This document shows, piece by piece, positions 23,992 through 34,316 of a stretch of 64,000 bases of DNA. The position numbers and the translations under genes are program-made. Under the pieces are notes generated by a model. It searched no databases and was not told the origin of the DNA. It saw nothing but the letters and a program-made list of their open reading frames with translations. Each line of letters begins with the position of its first letter. The first letter of the stretch is position 1. Source of the DNA: Squalus acanthias (taxonomy: Eukaryota); NCBI GenBank assembly GCA_030390025.1, contig CM059432.1, forward strand, positions 143,222,001 to 143,286,000, written 5' to 3'.

Positions 23992-24898
23992 TATTCAGCT
24001 TTTAGGACCTCGTCCCGTTTTTTTACCTATATCGTTGATACCTATATGCACCACGACAGCTGGCTGTTCACCCTCCCCCTCCAGAATGCCCTGCAGCCGC
24101 TCCGAGACATCCTTGACCCTTGCACCAGGGAGGCAACATACCATCCTGGAGTCTCATTTGTGGCCGCAGAAATGCCTATCTATTCCCCTTACAATAGAAT
24201 CCCCTATCACTATAGCTCTCCCGTTCTTATTCCTCCCGTCCTGTGCAGCAGAACCACCCATGGTGCCAGGAAGTTGGCTACTGCTGCCTTCCCCGATAAG
24301 CCACCTCCCCCAACAATATCCAAAGCGGTATATCTGTTTGAGAGGGGGGTGGCCACAGGGGACCCCTGCACTACCTGCCTGTGCCTACTACTCTGCCTGG
24401 TGGTCACCCATTCCCTTCCTGCCTGTGCAGCCTTTACCTGCGGTGTGACCAACTCCCTAAATGTGCTATCCACGATGTCCTCAGCATCGCGAATGCTCCA
24501 GTATGTATCCATTCGCAGCTCCAGCGCCGCAATGCGGTCTGCCAGTAGCTGCAGCTGGATACACTTCCCGCACACATGGTCGTCAGGGACACAGGAAGTG
24601 TCCCTGATTTCCCACATAGTGCAGGAGGAGCATGCCACAGGGCCGAGCTGTGCTGCCATTACTTACCCTTTAATTAATTTAAAGTAAATTAAATCAAATC
24701 AATACCACTAATTACAATACAATTAAATGATATATGCAAGGGCCCTAGTTTACTAGCACTCCCCGCTACACAACAGAGACCCAAGAAACTATAAACCACA
24801 AAATTTAAGTTTGGAAAAAAGCGAGAAAGAGAGAAATACTCACCAACCAATCACTTACCTGCTTTCTGGTGACGTCACACTTCGATTACTTTTAACTT

Positions 24899-25154
24899 CT
24901 CTCTCTCCCCGCTCCTTAAATCCTCGGTCTCTGCACTCAGTCTCCACCCAGGGCCGCTCTCACTGCTGCCGCTGGTGAGTCTGGGCCACTCTCTCACCGC
25001 TCTTTAAATCCTCGGTCTCTGTACTCAGTCTCCACCCAGGGCCGCTCTCACTGCTGCCGCTGGTGAGTCTGGGCCGCTCTCTCTCTCCCCGCTCCTTAAA
25101 TCCTCGGACTCTGCGCTCAGTCTCCACCCAGGGCCGCTCTCGCTGCTGCCGCTG
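24899..25154 (-). repeat. Three ~88-92-bp tandem monomers at the CR1 5' end
   Basis: Units start near 24901, 24989 and 25081 (ctctctccccgctccttaaatcctcgg...ctcagtctccacccagggccgctctc). Confidence 0.85.
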
Positions 25155-25697
25155 GTGTAAATGAGTGGGTTGTGTAAATGGACAATTGTGTAAGTGGGCG
25201 GGTGTGTAATTGGGCGGGTGTGAAACCGGGTGGGGTGTGTAATTGGGCGGGTGTGTAATTGGGCGGGGTGTGTAATTGGGCGGGGTGTGTAATTGGGCGG
25301 GGTGTGTAATTGGGCGGGGTGTGTAAGTGGGCGGGTGTGTAAGTGGGCGGGTGTGTAAGTGGGCGGGTGTGTAATTGGGCGGGGTGTGTAATTGGGCGGG
25401 TGTGTAATTGGGCGGGGTGTGTAATTGGGCGGGTGTGTAATTGGGCGGGGTGTGTAATTGGGCGGGTGTGTAAGTGGGCGGGTGTGTAAGTGGGCGGGTG
25501 TGTAATTGGGCGGGGTGTGTAATTGGGCGGGTGTGTAAGTGGGCGGGTGTGTAATTGGGCGGGTGTGTAAGTGGGCGGGTGTGTAAGTGGGCGGGTGTGT
25601 AAGTGGGCGGGTGTGTAAGTGGGCGGGTGTGTAAGTGGGCGGGTGTGTAAGTGGGCGGGGTGTGTAAGTGGGCGGGGTGTGTAAGTGGGCGGGGTGC
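25155..25697. repeat. GC-box minisatellite (gggcgggtgtgtaa[g/t]t)n between two divergent CR1 5' ends
   Basis: About 30 units, nearly all containing GGGCGG. Confidence 0.95.
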
Positions 25698-28600
25698 GGT
25701 CTGCACAGAGCGGGAGTAAACGGAGTGGACTTGAACAGAGTGTTTTATTTGGGAATGTGGAAAGAGTGAGAATTCGGAGAAGAGGGGGGAAGAAATTGCT
25801 GGTTTTGGCCTCCACTACTTGTGCAGGAGGCCATTCAAGTGGGGGTGTTACAGGTAGATATTTAATTTCAGTACCCTTAACTTAATCTAGATCAAGTAAG
25901 TAGTCAAGAAACTATACTGTAAACTAAGTTACCTAATCACAAATTTCATTAAATAAAACAAGGTCATATAGGGATTGCAGTGCAGGCGGTGTGCCACAAC
26001 TGCAGCAGGTGGGAGTTTGTGGAGAGCATTGTGATCCCGGACAACCACGCTTGCAGTAAGTGCCTGCATCTTGAGGAACTTCAGTTAAGAGTTTTTGAGC
26101 TGGAGTCTTGAGGTGCAGACATTGCGGGGCATCAGGGAGGGGGAGAGTTACCTGGACACTTTGATCCAGGAGGCAGTCACACCCCTTAGGTTAGGTAGTG
26201 GTACAGGTCTGGTTAATGGTCAGGGACAGGAAGGTGTGACTGCAACTCGGGCAGGTAAGGGGACCCCAGGTGCAGTGCTGGAGGAGCCTCAGCCTTTGCC
26301 CTTGTCCAACAGGTATGAGATTCTTGCTGCCTGTGTGGATGAGGGAAAAGCCTGCAGGATGGGTGAGCAAGCTGACCATGGTGCAGGAGGCCATTCAAGT
26401 GGGGGGAGTGAAAGGGAATGTAGTTGTGGTAGGCGACAGTATAGTAATGGAGGATAGATAATGTTCTCTGCAGCCATGACCAAGAGTTCCGAAGGTTGTG
26501 TTGCCTGCCTGGTGCCAGGGTTAAAGACATCTCCTTGTGGCTGGAGGAGAACTTGGAGGGAGAGGATCCAGTTGTCGTGGTCCATGTAGGAACCAACGAT
26601 ATAGGTAGAACTAGGAATGAGGTTCTGCTGAAGGAGTTTGAGGAGCTAGGATCCAAATTAAAAAGCAGAACCTCAAAGGTGATAATCTCTGGATTGTTAC
26701 CTTAGCCACGTGCAAATTGATATAGGGACAAACAGATTAGAGGTTTAAATGGGTGGCTCAAAGAGTGGTGTGGGAGGAAGGGGTTTCAGTTCATGGGGCA
26801 CTGGCACCAGTACTGGGGAAAGAGGGAGCTGTTCCGTTGGGACGGGCTCCGCTTAAACTGGGCTGGGACCAGTGTCCTGGCAAACCGAATAACTAGGACA
26901 GTAGATAGGGCTTTAAACTAATGAAGGTGGGGGGGTGGGGGTGGGGGGTGGTCGGAGGATTCAGGAAAGAGTAAATTTAAAAGCAGCGAGAGAAATGTCA
27001 AGGCTCTAGAGCAGAGTGGAGTTTTGGGTAAAAATAAGCAGAGTGGGTCAGAAAGGGACAGAGAGAGAGTAACAAAGGCATCAGTGACTAGGGTGACATC
27101 AGAGAAAAATAGAAATAAGTCAGAGCTAAAGACACTATATCTGAATGTGTGAAGTATTCACAACAAAATAGATGAATTAATAGCGCAGATAGAAATGGAC
27201 AGGATTGATCTAATAGATATAACAGAGACATGGTTGCAAAGTGGCCAAGGTTGGGAACTAAATATTCCAGGATACTTAACATTTAGAAGAGAAGTTAAAG
27301 ATAGTATTAGATCAAAGGAAGAGGCTTATAATGTTGCCAAAAAGAGTAGTAAGCCTGAGGATTGGGAAGATTTTAGAATTCAGCAAAGGAGGACCAAGAA
27401 ATGGATAAAGAAAGGGAATATAGAATATGAGAGTAAACTATCGAGAGACATAAAAACAGACTCTAAAAGCTTCTATAGATATGTAAAAAGGAAAAGATTA
27501 GCGAAAGTAAATGTGGGTCCCTTACAGGCTGAGACAGGAGAAATTATAATAGGGAATAAGGAAATGACAGTGAAATTAAACAAATACTTTGGGCTGGATT
27601 TTCTGAGTGGAGGGGTAGCACCACGTAGAAGCATGCGTAAGAGAAAGCTGCCACATAAATAGTCACAAGGGTACTCACTTGGGTGTTCTGCTGGAAATCA
27701 ATGTTAAGTTTATGTTCTTTTATTCTGTTGTAATAAATTAATGTTCTGTGAATGTTTGAACTCGTTGCCATATGTGTAGTCACAATTTGAAGTGGCAGAG
27801 TGAAGGGTGAGGGCGCCTTTTATGTCCAGCAATGGTGGTGACAGTGCAAGGAATGCACAGATCATTGTAGAGATGCTCTATGGTGTTGAAGTGTGGTCAT
27901 GGCAACCTTCATGTGCATGTGGCAGCCACATGTCTGTGCTGCATAAATGTAGGTGAATCTGGCACTGATCAGGCCATCCTTGGCATCACGGGCAGCAATG
28001 TGCTCATGTGCTGGTCGCAATGGGTCAGGCGCCTCCTCCAGGCTGTGCCTCATCTGGGACCTCATTCTGCTCCTCCTCCTCCTCTGAAGAGGCTGTGCGC
28101 TCTGCGCCTTGTTCCTCATCCAGCGCTAATCCTCGCTGCAGTGCTATGTTGTGCAGGGCACAGCAGACAACGATGATTCTCGAGACCCTGGCTGGTGCAT
28201 TCTGTAGGGCTCCACCAGATCTGTCCAGGTATCTGAAGCGCTTTTTGAGCAACCCTATTGTTTGCTCTTTGAGACTTCTGGTGGAAATATGGCTTTGATT
28301 GTAATGCTCCTCAGACTTGTTTGATGGCCTCCTAAACGGTATCATTAGGCACGTCTTCAGGGGATAGCCCTCGTCTCCAAGGAGCCAGCCAGAAGTTCGT
28401 TTGGTGGAGCGAAGAGCTGAGGGACAGTGGACTGGTGCAGGATGTACGAGTCATGGCAGCTGCCAGGGAACTTGGTGCACACATGCATGATGCTCTTCCT
28501 ATGGTTGCACACCAGCTGCACGTTAAGGGAATGAAAGCCCTTGCGGTTGACAAATACTGCTGGGTTCTGATGGGGTGCCCTGATGGCCACATGTGTGCAG

Positions 28601-29567
28601 TCGATGACGCCCTGCACCCATGGGAAGCCAGCCAGAGCGAAAAAGCCTAGCGCCCGCGCGGTAGCACTTACCTCATCAGTGGAAAAGTGGCTGTAATTGG
28701 CGGACTTGGCAAAGAGGGCATTGATGACCTGCGTGATGCATCTGTGGGCGACCAACTGGGAGATGCTGCTAATGTCTGCTGCTGATCCCTGGAAGGACCC
28801 TGACGCAAAGAAGTTGAGGGCGGTGGTGACTTTGACAGCCACTGGTAAGGTGTGTCCACCTGCTCCTCTGGGCTGCAGGTCTTAATCTAGCATTGCGCAA
28901 ATGTCTGCAACTACCTCTCTCGAAAGTCTCAGCCTCCTTTGGCACTGCTGCTCAGTCATGTTGAGGAAGCTCATCCTCTGCCTGTAAACCCTGTGTTGGG
29001 GGTATCTCCTGCGGCGCGGTGCAGCCCTGTGCTGATGGCCTCTGCCCTGTGCAGCATCAGGTGGTTGAGGAGAAGGTTGGCGCTCTTGTTGTTGGTGATG
29101 CTGGTCTGCCTGATTCTGCTGCTGCCACGGCTGATCCTCTTCAGATTCTGAGGACCAGGATGAGAGAGTCTAAAGCGTTCTCATTCTGCTGTTATATATG
29201 GCAGTTGAGGATGAGATGTTATAAGCATTCAGTCAATGGGGAGAGAGGTTATTCAAGGAGGTGACAGTGCATATAGAGTTAACACCACACACTTACAGCC
29301 TCAAGACAGATCAAATGTGTCTTCCAAATCCTGAAATCAGCAACCTCTGACATTTGAAAGTGAACAGATGTGAGAGTTCAGCTTTTATACTGCAGTTGCA
29401 GTTGGGAACTAGTCAGCTCGTTGGTACTCCTGACCTACTCACCTGACGTGATTTCCAAATGTTGAAACCCGTTGAAAATGTGCAAAAATAGGAAAAAGCG
29501 GTCAAATAGCAGTTAAATGTGAGAAGTCGCACAACACCAGGTTATAGTCCAACAGCTTTATTTGAGA

Positions 29568-29604
29568 TCACAAGCTTTCGGAGCGCTGCTCCTTCATCAG
29601 GTGA
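29568..29604 (-). ncRNA. Minimal type I hammerhead ribozyme motif (identical copy on the opposite strand)
   Basis: Exact reverse complement of 29650-29686. Confidence 0.8.
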
Positions 29605-29649
29605 GCGGGAGCGGGATCGTGGCGGGTTCCCAACCCACCATCAATCACT

Positions 29650-29686
29650 TCACCTGATGAAGGAGCAGCGCTCCGAAAGCTTGTGA
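29650..29686 (+). ncRNA. Minimal type I hammerhead ribozyme motif
   Basis: tcac-CTGATGA-a-ggagc-agc-gctcc-GAAA-gctt-gtga: stem I tcac/gtga, stem II ggagc/gctcc, loop-less palindromic stem III (AGCT). Confidence 0.8.
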
Positions 29687-32339
29687 TTTCAAATAAAGCT
29701 GTTGGACTATAACTTGGTGTTGTGCGACTTCTCACATTTGTCCACCCCAGTCCAACACCGGCATCTCCACAAAATAGCAGTTAACAAGCACTTAACAAGG
29801 AGTTAAGTATCTTAAATCCCTCACCCACCGCTTGATGTCAGGTCTATTCTGAAATTGCAGACCCGACACTTTGGAAATCACACAACCCGCCATCAATCAA
29901 TTCGAATTTAACAGCTGACCCGCCTCTGAACCCACCCTCTGAGCGCTGGCAAAATCGCGGCCTTTGTGTTGTCTTCACGGAAGAAGACACAAAAAACTTC
30001 CCGGAAATAGTGGAGAACCAAGGCTCTAGCGAGAATGAGGAACTGAAAGAAATTAGTATGAGTAAAAAAATAGTACTGGAGAAATTAATGGGACTGAAAG
30101 CTGATAAATCCCCTGACCTGATGGCCTACATCCTAGGGTTTGGAAAGAAGTGGCTATAGAGATAGTGGATGCATTGGTTGTCATTTTCCAAAATTCCATA
30201 GATTCTAGAACAGTTCCCGTGGATTGGAAGGTGGCAAATGTAACCCCACTATTAAAGAAAGGAGGGAGAGAGAAAATGGGGAACTACAGACCAGTTAGCC
30301 TGACATCAATAGTAGGGAAAATGCTAGAATCTATTATTAAGGACGTGGTAACAGGGCACTTAGAAAGTAATAATAGGATTGGGCAGAGTCAACACGGATT
30401 TATGAAAGGGAAATCGTGTTTGACAAATCTGATAGAGTTTTTTGAGGTTGTAACTAGCAGAATAGATAAGGGGGAACCAGTGGATGTGGTGCATTTGGAT
30501 TTTCAGAAGGCATTCGATAAGGTGCCACACAAGAGGTTATTAAACAAAATTAGGGCTCATGGGATTGGGGGTAATATACTAGCGTGGATTGAGGATTGGT
30601 TAACGGACAGAAAACAGAGAGTAGGAATAAACGGGTCATTTTCAGGTTGGCAGGCTGTAACTAGTGGGGTACCACAAGGAACAGTGCTTGGGCCTCAGCT
30701 ATTCACAATCTACATCAATGATTTGGATGAGGGGACCAAATGTAATATATCCAAGTTTGCTGATGATACAAAGCTAGGTGGGAATGTAAATTGTGAGAAG
30801 GATGCAAAGAGGCTTCATGGGGATATATACAAGCTAAGTGAGTGGGCAAGAACATGGCAAATGGAATATAATGTGGAGAAATGTGAAGTTATCCACTTTG
30901 ATAGGAAAAATAGAAAAGCAGAGAATGTTTTAAATGGTGAGAGATTGGAAATGTTGGTGTTCAGAGGGACCTGGGTGTCCTTGTACACGAATCACTGACA
31001 GTTAACATGCAGGTAAAGAAAGCAATTAGGAAAGCGAATGGTATGTTGGCCTTTATTGCAAGAGGATTTGAATATAAGAGTAAAGACGTCTTACTGCAAT
31101 TATATAGGGCCCTGGTGAGACCACACCTGGAGTATTGTGTACAGTTTTGATCTCCTTACCTGAGGAAGGATAGACTTGCCATAGAGGGAGTGCAACGAAG
31201 GTTCACCAGACTGATTCCTGGGATGGGGGGGATTGTTCGATGAGGAGAGATTGAGTAGACTAGGCCTATATTCTCTAGAGTTTAGAAGAATGAGAGGTGA
31301 TCTCATTGAAACATACAAAATTCTTACAGGGCTTGACAGGGTAGATGCAGGGAGGATGTTTCCCCTGGCTGGGGAGTCTAGAACCACGGGTCACAGTCTC
31401 AGAATAAGGGGTTGTCCATTTAGGACTGAGATGAGGAGAAATTTCTTCACTCAGAGGGTGGTGAATCTTTGGAATTCTCTACCCCAGAGGGCTGTGGATG
31501 CTCAGTCGTTGAGTATATTCAAGACAGAGATCGATAGATTTTTGAATATTAAGGGAATCAAGGGATATGGGGATAGTGCAGGAAAGTGGAGATGAGGTAG
31601 AAGATCAGCCATGATCTTATTGAATGGCGGAGCAGGCTCGAGGGGCCAAATTGGCCTACTGCTGCTCCTATTTCTTATGTTCTTATGTTCTTATGTAATT
31701 GGGCGGAGTGTAAAACCGGGCAGCCAATCCAAACTCGTTAGTTTCCCACTGGACATTAGGTTAAAATGACACCCCGTGGCCCTAAATTCCCATGGGGTTC
31801 TCTCGTTGTCCTGTCATATTGTTGGTGGGAGATCACCAGAGCCCATGCAGAAATGGCAGGAAAATCATTTTTAGACATTTGTTTCTGCCTTGATTCTGTA
31901 ACCCTTAATACCCTTTGCCTAACAAAAATGTAACAATCTCAGTTTTGACATTTTCAATTGACCCCCAGCCTCAACAGCCTTTTAGGAGAGAGAGTTCCAG
32001 ATTTCTACTACCCTTTGTGTGAAGAAGTGATTCCTGACATCACCCCTGAACAGCCTAACTCTAATTTTAAAGTTACTTAAATGAATATACTTTTTGTTCA
32101 CACACATACCTATGCAAGGGCATGATATCTTTATCTAGTCATTCAGAGATACACGCAGAGACTCTGGGTGAATGGAGCCTGTAACAGAGGAAAATTTGAA
32201 CAGTTACCTTGGGGACAGCTAGATCAAAAGCAAGTGTCTACCTAGAACAGTAGCAGGGTCTCCTTGTTCCTTTAACTGTAGGAGTGAGTGGTAAGAAATC
32301 CATGAACCTAGCTAAGAAAACTTAATTCTGCTTATTCAC

Positions 32340-32664
32340 ATCTTTCGGATGAGACGTTAAACCGAGGCCCCGTCTGCTCTCTCAGGTGGATGTAAAAGAT
32401 CCCACGGCACTATTTCGAGGAAGAGCAGGGGAGTTCTCCCCCCGTGTCCTGGGGCCAATATTTATCCCTCAACCAACATCACTAAAAACAGATTATCTGG
32501 TCATTATCACATTGCTGTTTGTGGGAGCTTGCTGTGCGTAAATTGTCTACCGTGTTTCCCACATTACAACAGTGACTACACTTCAAAAGCACTTCATTGG
32601 CTGTAAAGCGCTTTGGGGCGTCCAGTGGCCGTGAAAAGCGCTACAGAAATGCCAGTTCTTTCTT
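32340..32664 (+). mobile_element. Deu-domain SINE, 5'-truncated
   Basis: Begins at tctttcggatgagacgttaaaccgaggccccgtctgc and runs to the family tail. Confidence 0.85.
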
Positions 32665-34316
32665 ATCAAAGGCCCTCTTAAAATACATTAATGAGGAACT
32701 CATTCTCGTTGCCCGCTATAGAGGAAACTGAAGGAGGCTCAATGCAGCATCTCCTTCCTCTATCCGTTAACAGAGACATCAACCCATTTACTTTAAACAA
32801 GCTTGTGCTTCTGTTAAAACCTTAAACAAAAGCATTTGCATAATAGAATCGCACAGAGTAATTTCATAAGCTTTAGGCCTCTTGACAATTAACCGCCAAG
32901 ATTTTGAAAAACATTTTTATCCTGTTGCATCTGTAGGAGCTTAGAGCGGTGTGCAACAGTTGACTGTAAATGCAATATCTATCGAACTCCAGGGGGTATG
33001 CTTTGAGATAAATGACATCTGCAGAGATGAGTAGATAGCTGCAGGGATACACAGTATGCGACTGGACAAAGATGTTGAGTAATGGAGAAAGCGAGCAGTG
33101 CGGGAATAGGCTAAATTACATACAAAGCTTAGATAGGTCTTTAAAGATTCGATTAGCCTGACTCAAAGGCTAACTTTGAAATGCATGTGGTTAGTTCTAT
33201 ATTTCTGGGTTAGCATTATAAAACAAAAATTCCCCACTGGCAATGATATACAAACTAAAGCATTCATTTCAATGGGTCGGCAATTATTAAAATTATGAAT
33301 ATTGCTAGCGAGGTTGAATGTTCATTATCCGGATCTTTGTTTCAGAGAAAGAGCCATCAATGGTTTCTATAAAAGCAGAAAGGAAAGGCCATTAAAGATT
33401 GAGTGTGTGGATTGAGACCATATCTAATTCAGTTGATAAAATCGATTCAATGTCACAGTGTGATCTAATAGAAAAAGAATTCTTTGTGCACGCAAGTCTC
33501 TAGCAGCAGTTAGAACTCCCCACTCTCATTCAGGAAATCAATGTTGCTTTAAAGAACATGAGAACAAATGAAAATCTGAGAAGTTGCTGTTGGTGCCTTA
33601 TTGTCGGATACAGAAGGTTTTCTGGAAGAATTTTCTCCTGCCTTGTCGCCTCTGATGTTGCAACTTTTAAATGCAGCAAGGCGCCTTATTCCCGCACAGC
33701 AATCAAGCAATGCAGCATTGGAGCTGATTTAGAGGCACAGCTAAGCTTAAAGGGCTGGCATTTCTAGAGGGAGAGAGGGCCCCAGGGGTTTGCACAACGA
33801 GATTCCTGGAAAATAAAGTCAAGCAAAGCACCCACAACCTGTTGTGATGCCCAAGAACAGGAAATGCTCGTTCATGAAGTGAGTTAAAGGAGGACTGCTG
33901 TGTATGGCACAGAAGTGTCTGGTCCAGCAGGCTTTGGTGCATATTGCAGGGACATTAAGGGGTTCCCTGATCTTTGTATCTCCAGTGGAAGATCAGCAAA
34001 ATCTCTGGAGAAGCAGGGCAGAGGGCCATTCGCGCCATTTCTACAGGGTTTCTGCCGGAGTCATGGGTGGAGATCAGGAAATGCCCCCCTCCCCACAACC
34101 CCCCCAGAAATTACTGGTGTAAACCGAGGCCTGGACACTGGGCAGAAAAAAGATGGCTGAGCTGAGAAAAGCTATTGATATAGACCATTGAATACTGAGC
34201 ACTGGTCCCAGGGTGCACACGCCTCACGTGTATCCTCATACCCTGTGTGTGTGCTGAACCATCCTGAAGATTAACAGAAGCTTAACAGTGCAGTCCTGAC
34301 AGGAGAGACAGGCTAA

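Larger units (their letters stand above)
18465..25154 (-). mobile_element. Full-length CR1 LINE (5' UTR, ORF1 zinc finger/esterase, ORF2 APE-RT), disrupted by three MITE insertions and frameshifts
   Basis: ORF1 MAAQLGPVACSSC...CGKC starts at 24659, with VVISGLLPVP esterase remnants. ORF2 reads NARSIRNK...GITETW...YRPP...SDH...DFQKAFDKV (21357-19495) and GVPQGSVLGP...FADD (19502-18564). Microsatellite tail at ~18465-18490. Confidence 0.95.
29517..29771. mobile_element. Short Penelope-type insertion: two inverted ~90-bp pLTR arms, a 45-bp spacer and a 32-bp tail
   Basis: 29515-29604 is the reverse complement of 29650-29739 (2 mismatches). 13-bp direct repeat aaatagcagttaa at 29504-29516 and 29772-29784. 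Confidence 0.85.
27591..29962 (-). mobile_element. PIF/Harbinger DNA transposon with a frameshifted HARBI1-like DDE transposase (~29160-27870)
   Basis: Peptides [63 protein letters not shown] and CCALHN. TIR-like ends gggctggatttt / aaaatcgcggcc. TSD ttt inside CR1 ORF2. Confidence 0.92.
25698..31696 (+). mobile_element. CR1 LINE, 5'-complete but decayed: ORF1 remnants, ORF2 with most of the endonuclease deleted, split by a Harbinger
   Basis: ORF1 remnants VVVVGDSIV, CCLPGARVKD, VHVGTNDIG, VIISGLLP. ORF2 jumps from GYLTFR to REVKDSIR at ~27290. RT at 30150-31595 with FADD. (ttcttatg)n tail ending ~31696. Confidence 0.92.

Noticed and set aside
27870..29160. Domesticated HARBI1 host gene
   Set aside because: It has frameshifts and stops, TIR-like ends and a TSD inside a CR1, with related copies elsewhere in the window.
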